Shown here: piece by piece, positions 19,137 to 28,506 of the stretch
Position numbering within the stretch: position 1 is the stretch's first letter
Layout of the letters: each line of letters opens with the position of its first letter
Assembly (NCBI GenBank): GCA_040755995.1
Contig: JBFMAF010000037.1
Coordinates: 224,001-288,000, forward strand
Direction: 5' to 3'
Length of the DNA stretch: 64,000 bases
From: Acidobacteriota bacterium
GTDB taxonomy: Bacteria; Acidobacteriota; CAIWXX01
Program-made: the position numbers and the translations under genes
Notes under the pieces: generated by a model
The model's database searches: none
The model's input: only the letters and a program-made list of their open reading frames with translations
Told to the model about the DNA's origin: nothing

Positions 19137-20555
19137 ATGGTAGAGGACGCACGGGATGTGGGACGGCGGGAGCGCGCTCCGAGTCTGCTCGTCGCGTTGA
19201 TACCCCTCCTGGCCATGGCGGTTCTTCTCGGGGTCGGCTACGGTGTTTATCGAATCAAGGCGCAGGTACTGCTCGTCGCTGCAGCGTTCCTCACCGGCGG
19301 CCTGTGTCGAATGCTCGGGTTTACGTGGAACGAGATGCAGGAGGGGATCATCGAGAGCATCAGGAAAGCGCTTCCTGCGATCCTCATCATGCTGTGCGTC
19401 GGCATCCTGATCGGATCCTGGATCGCGTGCGGGACGATCCCGATGCTGCTGTACTACGGGCTGAAGCTCATTTCGCCGAAATACTTTCTGGTGACGGCGT
19501 GTCTGGTGTGCAGCATTACGTCGCTGGCCACGGGTACCTCGTGGGGGACAATCGGGACGCTTGGAGTGGCTTTCGTCGGCATCGCGATCGGGCTCGGCAT
19601 CCCTCTCGGACCGGCCGCGGGCGCGATCGTGGCCGGAGCCTACTTCGGCGACAAGTTCTCTCCGCTTTCCGACATTCCCAATTTGGCCCCGGCCGCAACG
19701 GGGGCGAATCTGTATGAGCACATCAGGCACATGCTCTGGTCCGGGCTGCCCGCCTGGGTCATGGGACTCCTGATCTATCTACCGCTCGGCCTGCAATACG
19801 GCGGCCGCCCGATCGACTCGGAGAGTCTGCGGTTGATAATGACAACCCTGCAAGGCGCATTCAACTTCAACGTGGTGCTCGTCCTGCCGATGCTCATCGT
19901 ATTTTACTCGGCCGTCACGAAGAAACCTGTGGTGCCGGCCATGCTCGTCTCCTCGCTCACCGCCGGAGCTCTGGCGGTGTTCCTGCAGGGGGCCTCCACG
20001 ATCGGCATCGCCACCGCGATGAACTCGGGCTACCAGGCGCACACCGGCGTTGCGAGTGTCGATCGTCTGCTCTCTCGTGGCGGGCTGATGAGCATGATGG
20101 AAACGCTGCTCATTGCGTTCACGGCCTTCACCTTCGGCGGGATCATGCAGCGAACGGGACTGTTGCAGGTCATCCTCGACCATGTGATGAAGGTGGCGAG
20201 GCAGGTATGGAGCCTGGTGTTGGTCACAGTGGCGGCCACCGTCATGACGGCGCTCGTGACCGGCAGCTCGTACCTGTCGATGCTCGTCCCCGGCGAGCTG
20301 CTGGCTCCAATCTACAAGCGGAAGAACCTCGCTGCGAAGAATCTTTCGCGCATCGTCGAGGAATGCGGCGCGATCATCGTCCCGTTGATCCCGTGGAGCA
20401 TGGCCGGCGTGTACATCGCCGGTGTGCTCGGCGTTCCCACCGTCTCGTATCTCCCATGGGCCTTCATGAACTACATATCGGTCCTGCTGCTAGTCGTCTT
20501 CGGCCTGACCGGCTTCAGCATGGCGCCGCGGTCGCGGGAGGACGAGACGACCTGA
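19137..20555 (+). CDS. nhaC: NhaC family Na+/H+ antiporter
   Basis: GTIPMLLYYG, TGTSWGT, GAYFGDKFSPLSD, LIPW; AGGAGG RBS. Confidence 0.9.
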   Translation: MVEDARDVGRRERAPSLLVALIPLLAMAVLLGVGYGVYRIKAQVLLVAAAFLTGGLCRMLGFTWNEMQEGIIESIRKALPAILIMLCVGILIGSWIACGTIPMLLYYGLKLISPKYFLVTACLVCSITSLATGTSWGTIGTLGVAFVGIAIGLGIPLGPAAGAIVAGAYFGDKFSPLSDIPNLAPAATGANLYEHIRHMLWSGLPAWVMGLLIYLPLGLQYGGRPIDSESLRLIMTTLQGAFNFNVVLVLPMLIVFYSAVTKKPVVPAMLVSSLTAGALAVFLQGASTIGIATAMNSGYQAHTGVASVDRLLSRGGLMSMMETLLIAFTAFTFGGIMQRTGLLQVILDHVMKVARQVWSLVLVTVAATVMTALVTGSSYLSMLVPGELLAPIYKRKNLAAKNLSRIVEECGAIIVPLIPWSMAGVYIAGVLGVPTVSYLPWAFMNYISVLLLVVFGLTGFSMAPRSREDETT

Positions 20556-20763
20556 AGTCCGGGCCATTGCTGCGTCCGGGAACCGAACATCACCAGGGTC
20601 CCGGTCCACCACGTCGCAAGCCGCTGGGTAGCAAGGCCTGCGCGATAGCTCGGAAGACCAAGAGCCGGAACGGGTCCGGGAATCGGACACCGAACGGGGC
20701 GCGTCCTTGCAGTTGCCACCCTGTAAAGGCTTGAATCCCAAGGCATTTCTCGGCTACCGCTGG

Positions 20764-20780
20764 TTGGCATACATCATGCC
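20764..20780 (+). promoter_or_regulatory. Candidate sigma-54 (-24/-12) promoter
   Basis: TTGGCATACATCATGCC has GG-N10-GC spacing, 24 nt upstream of ATG 20804. Confidence 0.5.
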
Positions 20781-20803
20781 TTCTCCCGAAGCGGAGGCTG
20801 AAG

Positions 20804-21226
20804 ATGCTGAAGCGACTGGGGGCTCTGGTGATGGGCATGGCGGTTGTGGGATTCGCGTGGGGCGGCGATTCCGAATCCGCCCAGATCGGTGTGACGGCCT
20901 TCGTAGTCCCCGCCCTGGGAGTACATCTCGGCTACTCCGGCACCGCCGGCATACCCGATGTCGTCACCTCGCCGCGTCTGGTAGCTGATCGTTTGGTGAT
21001 GCGACGTGGATCGCGTGCCCCGGCCTCAAACACCGCCGCGCTCCGGCTCGACACCTCGTCCGAGACTGCGCTGCAGCGCGCCCAGTTGCTGCCGACCGCG
21101 GCTCAGCTCAGCCGGTTCGATACTCCCCGCCCGGCTCGGCTGGGGACCTCCTCTCCGCCCGGCTCGCTGACTGCCGCCTCCACCGGCAACGCAGAAGAGA
21201 TAACGGTCACCCTGGTCAGGCTTTGA
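20804..21226 (+). CDS. Secreted hypothetical protein, possibly pilin-like
   Basis: GGAGG RBS, signal peptide, IGVTAFVVP N-terminal strand and ITVTLV C-terminal strand. Confidence 0.55.
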   Translation: MLKRLGALVMGMAVVGFAWGGDSESAQIGVTAFVVPALGVHLGYSGTAGIPDVVTSPRLVADRLVMRRGSRAPASNTAALRLDTSSETALQRAQLLPTAAQLSRFDTPRPARLGTSSPPGSLTAASTGNAEEITVTLVRL

Positions 21227-21446
21227 AGTTACCAATTCCCGCGAATCCGGGATGTAGGTTCGAGAAGGGAGGGATGCATTCGAGGTAAGTGACGTATACC
21301 CTGTACCCACCACCGCCGGGGCTCACCCAAGTGCCGTCCCCAGAGAGAGGCCCCCAAGAGTCCCGACGGTGGAACCGTCTTCAACCATGTTCAGCAGCAG
21401 CGCGAGGCCACTGAAACAGGCGCATAATCCTATCTCTGGGGCACCC

Positions 21447-21475
21447 TTGACAAGTCTTAGGACGTGCCTTAGATT
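21447..21475 (+). promoter_or_regulatory. Sigma-70-type promoter upstream of the pilin-like gene
   Basis: TTGACA-N17-TAGATT. Confidence 0.6.
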
Positions 21476-21645
21476 TAGATCTGCGTGGCGACGGTACGGG
21501 TACAGGAGAATCCGATCGCACACGAGATAAATAGAGAATCACGAGGTTGAGGGTCTGGCGCGGCTTGTGGCTCAAGCCGTGTGGGGGCGGAGACATTTTT
21601 TTCGTATCCCGGCCAAGGGGCCGGGAGGTGAGGAGGAAGAAAAGC

Positions 21646-22206
21646 ATGATACGCAAGATTCTAGTTGTGGTAGTTGCGGCGCTCGCGATGGCCGCAGCTG
21701 CCCAGGCTCAGGTCACGGACAACGACACGATCACCGTTACTGCCACCGTCCAGGGCGTGTTCAACTTCACGATCGCTGCGGCATCATACGACTTCGGCAC
21801 GGTTGATGCGTCTGGAACGGGTGGCGGAGTGTACAATCCTGTGATCGGCGGAGCGGTATACACCGCGGACAATGCGACCACCTGGAACTGCGAAAGCGCA
21901 CCCAGGCGCGATGTGGACATCTACAACGACGCGACCAGCTCGTTCGTCGGGCCTGGTGCCACGACAGGTGACAACTTGGAGATCCAGCTTGACCTCACCG
22001 CCAACCCTCTGGGCGGCGGCGCGTCCACTGGCTGGATCAACGCCACGGACGAGGGGACGCCTGCAGGCGATCTCGTCACCGGCGCAACGACGGGGATGGG
22101 CAACAATGACTGCGACGGAAACGTCGACTTCAGACTGACAGTGCTGGATACCCATCCAATCGGCGCCTACACCTGGACCATCGTGCTGACGGCTAGCGGC
22201 ACATAG
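21646..22206 (+). CDS. Putative major pilin of a chaperone-usher-like system
   Basis: AGGAGG RBS, signal peptide (AQA), ITVTATV donor-strand-like segment, YDFG, Cys pair, GAYTWTIVLT C-terminus. Confidence 0.7.
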   Translation: MIRKILVVVVAALAMAAAAQAQVTDNDTITVTATVQGVFNFTIAAASYDFGTVDASGTGGGVYNPVIGGAVYTADNATTWNCESAPRRDVDIYNDATSSFVGPGATTGDNLEIQLDLTANPLGGGASTGWINATDEGTPAGDLVTGATTGMGNNDCDGNVDFRLTVLDTHPIGAYTWTIVLTASGT

Positions 22207-22231
22207 CGGCCGGCTGGCCGGCGGCACGCGG

Positions 22232-22257
22232 GGAGTCCCCGGCAACACGGGGACTCC
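22232..22257 (+). terminator. GC-rich hairpin after the major pilin-like gene (terminator or mRNA stabiliser)
   Basis: GGAGTCCCCG-GCAACA-CGGGGACTCC, perfect 10 bp stem, weak U tail. Confidence 0.65.
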
Positions 22258-22268
22258 TTCCGAAGGCC

Positions 22269-22970
22269 GTGGTGCTAATCATGTGCCGGAAATCAAAACG
22301 GCGCGCTGAGGCGACTTGCGATCGCCGATTGGGGGCTCCGACTGCGCCGCCGCGGGCGATAGCGGAGTGCGAAGCCAAAGCTCCTACATCAGCGATCGTA
22401 GCCGTCGTGGTGGCGCTAGTCTGCTCTGCAGGCATGCTGCAGGCAGGCAACGGTCGCGTACGCAGCGACGACGGTATGGCGCCGCAACATGCCCGCGAGG
22501 CGCGCTTGCTCGAAATGCGTGACCAGGGCCCGGACCGCCCCGATGACGTGATATCCGACCCCATGCAGCCTGGGATTCGCTGCGATCCGGCGAGATCGGT
22601 TTACTACATCGTGGAGTCGGCGCCGATCTCGTTCGAATCGCTGAATGCGGGCGAGTCGATCGAGAGGCACGGTGCCGTACTGATACGCGTCTTCAGCGAT
22701 CGAGACTGGATTCTGAAGTTGACTCCGGTCGGGCCGCTGAGGGTTGAGGAGACCGGCGGCATCGTTCCGTTCGAGAGGGTTGAGTGGAGGTCTCGTCTGA
22801 GCGGGGGCTACTCGATCTTTCGCGAAGGCGTTCAGGCGGTTGTCGGCCGCGGCGCGCGCACCGGCGCCGGCGGCGAGCTGGTTGTCCTGGATCTTCGAAT
22901 GCAGCTGCTGGACTCGGACCCAGCGGGCCACTACCAGACGTCGCTGCGGGTGACAGTGGAGGGCTATTGA
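22269..22970 (+). CDS. Putative minor pilin-like secreted protein
   Basis: Hydrophobic leader, beta-rich body, PAGHYQTSLRVTV C-terminal motif; start uncertain. Confidence 0.55.
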   Translation: MVLIMCRKSKRRAEATCDRRLGAPTAPPRAIAECEAKAPTSAIVAVVVALVCSAGMLQAGNGRVRSDDGMAPQHAREARLLEMRDQGPDRPDDVISDPMQPGIRCDPARSVYYIVESAPISFESLNAGESIERHGAVLIRVFSDRDWILKLTPVGPLRVEETGGIVPFERVEWRSRLSGGYSIFREGVQAVVGRGARTGAGGELVVLDLRMQLLDSDPAGHYQTSLRVTVEGY

Positions 22971-23803
22971 GGCGGGATGGCCGAGGGCCCAGCCCGGACT
23001 TGGTAAGTAGATGGGCCTGCGCCACCGTCACCCTTCTCTTGGCCTGCTGCCAGCCGCTCGCCGCCCAGCTGTCGATCTCGATCTCCCCGGCGTTCGTTGA
23101 ACGAATCGTCAAGCCCGGGAGCCGGGTCACGGACACGATCTCGCTGACCAACCGCAGCAGAGTGCCCGTGTCGGTGCGCGTATCTACCGTCGATTTCGAT
23201 GCGTCGGAGACCAACGAAGTCCTGGAGAAGCCCTCTGGTACTGATCCCGCTTCCCTGGCCCGCTATCTTCGCGTTTCGCCGCTCCAGGTGGAGGTCGCCC
23301 CCGACCAGCAGGTCTTCTTCCGCTACACGATCACGGCTCCGAAGGATTTCACGCAGCTCCGCGCCATGCTCTATTTCGTCTCCCGCCCTGCGCTCGCCCC
23401 GCAAACCCAGGGCCAGCGGGTCGTGTTTGTTCCACGAATGGGTGTTCCGGTATATTTGGAAAACATCGACGCGAGCGCGGCTCGCTTGCGTGTAGAATCG
23501 GTCCAGTGGAAGCGTGCAGGAGAGAAGGGTGAGACACTGGAGCTCACGCTGCTGGTTGTCAACGAAGGAGAGCGAAACATCCGCCCTGACGGCTACCTGG
23601 ATGTTAACGCGAAAGACGGGTCATTCGCAAAGGTGTTCCCGTTCAACGAGGGGCATGAGCCGGTGCTCGCCTTGCACACGCGCAAGTGGACGGCGCAGTT
23701 CGGACCGGTTCCCGGAGGTGAGCTATCGTTGAAGCTGCGATTCGCCACCTCTTCACGGAGCTCGCACGAATCGGAGTCCGTCATCCCCGCCTTCGTTCCC
23801 TGA
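22967..23803 (+). CDS. Putative periplasmic pilus chaperone (PapD/EcpB-like)
   Basis: TTG start overlapping the upstream TGA after GGAGG; signal peptide; ISP...PG...LTN, RMGVPVY, NEGE in a second Ig-like domain. Confidence 0.65.
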   Translation: MRRDGRGPSPDLVSRWACATVTLLLACCQPLAAQLSISISPAFVERIVKPGSRVTDTISLTNRSRVPVSVRVSTVDFDASETNEVLEKPSGTDPASLARYLRVSPLQVEVAPDQQVFFRYTITAPKDFTQLRAMLYFVSRPALAPQTQGQRVVFVPRMGVPVYLENIDASAARLRVESVQWKRAGEKGETLELTLLVVNEGERNIRPDGYLDVNAKDGSFAKVFPFNEGHEPVLALHTRKWTAQFGPVPGGELSLKLRFATSSRSSHESESVIPAFVP

Positions 23804-25851
23804 GTCTCCTGATCGCCGCGGCGTGCACTCTGTGCCACCCGCCCGCCCGCGCCCAGCAGACTTCGCCTTCGGTGATACCCACCCCGGGATACTACGACCT
23901 GTACTTTTCGAGCAGGATATTCGATCTGCCGCTTTTTGGCAGCGAGTCCCCGATCAGCTATCACTTGTTTGCGAGCCAGCTTCTGGGCTCGGGAGCCAGC
24001 GTGACCTCATGGCTCGACAGCGGTTTTCCAAACTATCGAACGGACGCCGGATTGGAAATCTCGCAGATCCGATTCCGCGAAGGCCTCTGTCGCGTCAACG
24101 CGGGTGATTTCCGTTTCTCGCCGCTCCAGCCGGCGACCTTCATCCCGTTCACGCGGGAGAGCTATCCGATGCAAGGGGGAGAGGTGCGCTATGCCGGAGA
24201 CCGCAAGCAGTGGAGTCTGTTCGCGGGACGCCCGAAGTACTTCATTCAGCTTCCGCGGGAGCCGACGGAAGAGCCGTGGCTTTTCGGAGCCAGGTACCTT
24301 GCGAAGCGTAGCCCCGGCTGGGTCGGGGTCTCAGTAATCGGCGTCGAGAATCCAACTTACGTGGAGCCTCTTGGAGGTGGCTCGAAGACAACGGGATTGC
24401 TCGCGGGCGATCTGATTCGTGAGATCTCCCCGCGATCCAGCGTCTTTGGGGAGGTGCTGTTGACTGCGGATGGAGGCGTCGGGGCGCGCGCAGGCGCTCA
24501 GCGGCAGCTCGACTACGGCGCAGTCAAGCTCACCGTCTACTCGTTCGACAGCTCCTTCCCATACGTGTATCCGCTCTATCGCCCCGGCGAGTGGGGCGCC
24601 GAGTTGTCCGGCCAGTTCCGGCCCTCTGAGTTCTCCAGCGTATCCGGATATCTCAATTTCTATGACGACACGCGCGTCGAGCAGAAGAAGGACTTTCGGC
24701 TTGCTCTGGGATACTCGAAGAGCTTCGGGAGCAATCGGCCGAGCATTGAGATCGGGTACGACCGCAACGACGTGGTCTACGATTCCCTCAGTGTGGCGAC
24801 CTCCGACATAGTCGCAAATCGCTTCACGTTCAGCGTGAACAAGAGCTCCAGCGTCGAGATGACCAGGCTGACCGCCGAGTACACCACGGGGTCCGAAGGG
24901 GGCCAGCCCGATCGCGCTCAGGTCTATTTCCTCTTCCAGCGCGTCGTTGGATTCGACTCGTTCCTGACGGGATCCGCCGTAGTGCACCGGGAAGTGGGCA
25001 CGGGATTCGGCTTCACTGCACTGACGACGATCGAGCGGCCGTGGCGGGGCCGGTACTACTACCTCGTGGGAGGGGGTGCCGAGTACCTGGATGATTCAGG
25101 GCGCAAGTCGGGCGAAGGCGTCCTCCGTCTGGGTCTGTCGCGGCGGGTGCTGGAGAGCGGATGGTGGGCTCGCATCGAGGCAGCCATACCCTTCTCCGTG
25201 GGCCTCTCCAGAAGCGGAATCACCAACAGGCAGATCGCCTTCGACTTCGGTCACAAGCTCAGATGGAAGGATATCCACGACCTTCGTGGGGTTTTCGGTT
25301 CCCTCCTCGCCAGAGACACCGGTACAATCGAGGGGCGGGTTGTTCGGGAGGGGCAGGGAGTCAGCGGGCTGAAGATCTTGGTGGCCGGCGTTCACCGCGA
25401 CACCACCGGCAGGGACGGCTCGTTTCGTGTCACACGAGTGGCGTCGGGACTGACCACCGTGTCCCTCGACGTTCGTCAGCTCGAACCTCGCTTGTCCGTC
25501 GTTGGGGGTCCTTCTCGGAGCGTGCTGGTGACGGCTCGCGAGACGACACGAGTCGAGCTGCAGCTGGCGGAGCTCAGCTACTTTCAGGGATCCGTGGTGA
25601 TCTGCGACGGGGAACAGGTCCGGCCGGTCGAAGGCGCCTCGATCACCATCCGCGGCGACCGACACGAGGCAAAGGCAGAGACGGACTACCTGGGAGGCTT
25701 CCAGTTCGAGAACATACCGCCGGGGGTTTACGAGGTCAGCATTGATCCGGCCACGTTGAACGGCGGAATCGCGCCAGCAACGCCGCTCGTCTGGCGGGTC
25801 GATCTGACCCAGGACCTCGCAGGATACGTAATCCGCATCAACTGCCCTTGA
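23800..25851 (+). CDS. Putative outer-membrane usher-like protein
   Basis: Amphipathic beta-strand-rich body, two C-terminal carboxypeptidase-regulatory-like domains (GTIEGRV; GGFQFENIPPGVY), terminal Cys pair. A signal peptide is encoded in frame upstream of GTG 23872, so the start is uncertain (CTG 23800 or ATC 23770). Confidence 0.6.
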   Translation: MSLLIAAACTLCHPPARAQQTSPSVIPTPGYYDLYFSSRIFDLPLFGSESPISYHLFASQLLGSGASVTSWLDSGFPNYRTDAGLEISQIRFREGLCRVNAGDFRFSPLQPATFIPFTRESYPMQGGEVRYAGDRKQWSLFAGRPKYFIQLPREPTEEPWLFGARYLAKRSPGWVGVSVIGVENPTYVEPLGGGSKTTGLLAGDLIREISPRSSVFGEVLLTADGGVGARAGAQRQLDYGAVKLTVYSFDSSFPYVYPLYRPGEWGAELSGQFRPSEFSSVSGYLNFYDDTRVEQKKDFRLALGYSKSFGSNRPSIEIGYDRNDVVYDSLSVATSDIVANRFTFSVNKSSSVEMTRLTAEYTTGSEGGQPDRAQVYFLFQRVVGFDSFLTGSAVVHREVGTGFGFTALTTIERPWRGRYYYLVGGGAEYLDDSGRKSGEGVLRLGLSRRVLESGWWARIEAAIPFSVGLSRSGITNRQIAFDFGHKLRWKDIHDLRGVFGSLLARDTGTIEGRVVREGQGVSGLKILVAGVHRDTTGRDGSFRVTRVASGLTTVSLDVRQLEPRLSVVGGPSRSVLVTARETTRVELQLAELSYFQGSVVICDGEQVRPVEGASITIRGDRHEAKAETDYLGGFQFENIPPGVYEVSIDPATLNGGIAPATPLVWRVDLTQDLAGYVIRINCP

Positions 25852-25933
25852 CGGCGGCGTCAACCTCCGCAGCGGACCTCGGCCAAGGAACTCGTCGTCG
25901 GCGTGTGCGTAGAGGCACGGCACCTGATTCCTG

Positions 25934-26002
25934 CCCTTTCGTCACCCGGTGACACCCATTCATCCCCAGACGGTTGTCCAGAACCGGCGGCCGGTCTACC
26001 TT
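25934..26002 (+). promoter_or_regulatory. Candidate LytTR-type direct repeats plus promoter
   Basis: CCCTTTCGTC (25934) and CCCATTCATC (25955) at 21 bp period, then TTGTCC-N17-TACCTT. Confidence 0.45.
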
Positions 26003-26029
26003 CTTGGATAAGCGGGCGGACGCCGAGCC

Positions 26030-26731
26030 ATGAGAGCTACTTACTTCGCATTCCTGCTCTCAGCGACCCTCTCAGTCCAACAGGCCGGCGCCGCCCGGCA
26101 TCCAGACATCGACCGCATCGGCGCCCGGAACATCAATCACGGAATCTACGGCTTCCCGAACTTCATCAGCCCGGAAGAGGAAGCCCGGCTGGGTGCGAAG
26201 CTCGATGAAGCGCTCCAGTTGACCGAACACCTGGTGGTTGAACGCGTGGCCCAAGCCCGCATCGAGTCGATCGCCGCTCGCGTGGCACTGTCAAGCGACT
26301 ATACAGGAGAGGTGCGCGTCCGTCTCACGACGAGCCGCCCACTCAAGGCCACTGCCATAATGGGGGGCTACCTCTACATCGACACTTCGGTCGTCGCCCT
26401 GACCAGCTCCGACGACGAGCTCGCCGCCGTACTCGCCCACGAGGTTGCACACCTGGCCGCCCGGCATGGCTCCGAGCTGATCTGCTACTACCAGTTCCTG
26501 GAACGCCGGTTCAAGACCCCACGCGTTATCGCCAACAACATCACAGATCGCATTCTTGCCAACGAGCTAGAGGCCGACGAGCTGGCCGCTCAGTACCTCC
26601 AGCTCGCTGGCTACGATCCAACGGCTCTTCCCCTGATACTGTGCAAGCTCGACGGCGGCCCGACCACCCGCCGCAGGATCGAGGAGCTCAGGAACAACCC
26701 GGCGCAGGCAGCGGGCTCGATCTCACGCTGA
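26030..26731 (+). CDS. M48 family metallopeptidase (BepA/YfgC-like, short)
   Basis: Signal peptide, ELAAVLAHEVAH, ELEAD, AGYDP. Confidence 0.88.
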   Translation: MRATYFAFLLSATLSVQQAGAARHPDIDRIGARNINHGIYGFPNFISPEEEARLGAKLDEALQLTEHLVVERVAQARIESIAARVALSSDYTGEVRVRLTTSRPLKATAIMGGYLYIDTSVVALTSSDDELAAVLAHEVAHLAARHGSELICYYQFLERRFKTPRVIANNITDRILANELEADELAAQYLQLAGYDPTALPLILCKLDGGPTTRRRIEELRNNPAQAAGSISR

Positions 26732-26844
26732 GCCTCGTGGCCGTTCTCCGCGTCACCCCCTCTCTGGGACTGCATCCGTTGCGACATTGATCGGTTTCAC
26801 CGGCCCGCGGTGAGGCCGCTTCCTGCCGGACCCCGGATCGAGGC

Positions 26845-27747
26845 TCAGGACGCAGCGTAGGCCGGCGCAAACACGGTCCGTGCAAACTCCTCCAGAGTCG
26901 TTCGCGTCGTGTTCGAGGATGTCCTGGGCTCTGCAGAGCGCAGCACGCCGTCATTGAAGCTCCGGTACATCTCAACCATCGTCTCCGCAGCATTCCGCGA
27001 CATCCCCATCTTGAGCAGCGCGTCGAGCGTGCCCTCGTACGGAAACTGGACGTATGCAAGATCCGGCCGGCCGATGGCTGCGCCCAGTATCTTCGTGGAC
27101 TCCGCCTGATTCAAGTCGGCTGCTCCGAGCAGCTCCTCCACCCTCGATCCGGCGAAGTTCATTTCCAGCAGCCTTTGCGCCGCGCGTTCGGCGATATCCG
27201 CCGTGGCGATCTGGGAAACGGCGATGTCCGGGCGCATCGAGCCGCCATTGATCCCCTGCGCCTTGATCAGCGGGATATTCCAGAGGTGGTTCTCCATGAA
27301 GAAGGCCGGCCGCAGATTCAGGACCGCGATTCCGCTCAGCTTGTTCATGCGTTGCTCGTGATCGTGGAGCCCCGCTATGGGCCCCGTTCCTTCCGGCAGG
27401 TGTGCCCCGATGCTGCTGAGGTTCACCACCTTGCGAACGCCCGAATTGCGAGCGGCTTCGGTGAGCGATTCGCTTACCTGATTCTGGTAGGCACGGAAAT
27501 CGCTCACTTCGTAACGTGGAGGAATCATGGCGAAGACTCCTTCGGCCCCGGTGAAGGAACGCTCCAGGAAGGCACGATCACCGATGTCCCCGGCACTGGG
27601 CTCGGCTCCCCGGGCCGCAAACCGCTTCAGCCGCACCTCATCGCGGCCGACGACTCTAACCCTCACGCCCCTGGCGAGAAGGCGTTCAGCCAGCTTGCTC
27701 CCGACATTCCCCGTAGCTCCAGTGATGACGTACAGTGGCTTGTTCAT
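26845..27747 (-). CDS. NmrA-family NAD(P)-binding protein
   Basis: ITGATGNVG, LSSIGA, LRPAFFMEN. Confidence 0.92.
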   Translation of the reverse strand: MNKPLYVITGATGNVGSKLAERLLARGVRVRVVGRDEVRLKRFAARGAEPSAGDIGDRAFLERSFTGAEGVFAMIPPRYEVSDFRAYQNQVSESLTEAARNSGVRKVVNLSSIGAHLPEGTGPIAGLHDHEQRMNKLSGIAVLNLRPAFFMENHLWNIPLIKAQGINGGSMRPDIAVSQIATADIAERAAQRLLEMNFAGSRVEELLGAADLNQAESTKILGAAIGRPDLAYVQFPYEGTLDALLKMGMSRNAAETMVEMYRSFNDGVLRSAEPRTSSNTTRTTLEEFARTVFAPAYAAS

Positions 27748-27773
27748 TTCCTTCTACTCCTTGTTGACTCTCG

Positions 27774-27801
27774 ATTATAACATGACCATCCGGATGGTCA
27801 A
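27774..27801 (-). promoter_or_regulatory. nmrA-like gene promoter with a perfect 18 bp palindromic operator
   Basis: Minus strand TTGACC-N16-TATAAT with TGn extension; TGACCATCCGGATGGTCA at 27783-27800. Confidence 0.85.
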
Positions 27802-27899
27802 GAAATATCATACGAAATACGACGCGACAAGGGCGAGCTCCAGGCAGAGCACGGGGCGCGAGATGAGAACGGCCAGGCAGGTGTGGGTTTCTCACTCTT

Positions 27900-28502
27900 T
27901 CATCTAACCTTATGCATTTCCAGGTATTTTCTTGCCATATCGCGCGCGCCTTCGACCGCGTCCGCCGATCGGCTGGCCTTCGAGACGAGTATGGCGCCTT
28001 CCAGAAGAGATACCAGGGACTGCGCTGCCCGGTTCGCGTCGAACTCAGCGCGGAAGTACCCGCGCTCCTTCCAGTTCCACAGGAAACCGGCTATCGTCAA
28101 GCGCCAAAAGCGGAAGTGCTGCGCGACTCGTCCTCGTATCTCCTCATCACGGTCGCTTACGGCCAGGGCAGTGTTGCCGACAAAGCACCCACCGCGACAC
28201 TTGGTTTGCGACATCCAGGCGGCTGTCTCGGCGAACATCTCGTCCACAGTCGCTACCGGGTCATTTCCTGTCGACCCGAAGCGGGCGAGCACCACCTCAC
28301 GCAACCCTTCGATGACACGATCGAGAACTGCTTGCATCAACGCGCGTTTACTTGGGAAGTAGTGGAACAGGTTGGCTTTCTTGATCTTGGCGGCCCGCGC
28401 CACGTCCTCCATACTCACGCCGTCAAACCCGTCCTGATGGTAGAGCCTGAGCGCCGTCTCCAGCAACCGCTCCCGCGCCACAGTGTCAGGCTTGCGCGCC
28501 AT
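27900..28502 (-). CDS. TetR/AcrR family regulator (NemR-like)
   Basis: HTH (GFDGVSMEDVA...LFHYFPSK) and GCFVGN motif. Confidence 0.93.
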   Translation of the reverse strand: MARKPDTVARERLLETALRLYHQDGFDGVSMEDVARAAKIKKANLFHYFPSKRALMQAVLDRVIEGLREVVLARFGSTGNDPVATVDEMFAETAAWMSQTKCRGGCFVGNTALAVSDRDEEIRGRVAQHFRFWRLTIAGFLWNWKERGYFRAEFDANRAAQSLVSLLEGAILVSKASRSADAVEGARDMARKYLEMHKVR

Positions 28503-28506
28503 ATGT

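Noticed and set aside
21555..21572. Second sigma-54 promoter (CTGGCGCGGCTTGTGGC)
   Set aside because: GG-to-GC spacing is 11 nt, not the required 10.
21480..21645. c-di-GMP riboswitch in the pilin leader
   Set aside because: Could not find the conserved GEMM-I core by eye; an Rfam scan would be decisive.
26732..26844. Possible sixth copy of the dispersed element (GTTGCGA...TGAGGCCGC)
   Set aside because: Only short scattered matches with wrong spacing; would need a covariance-model hit.
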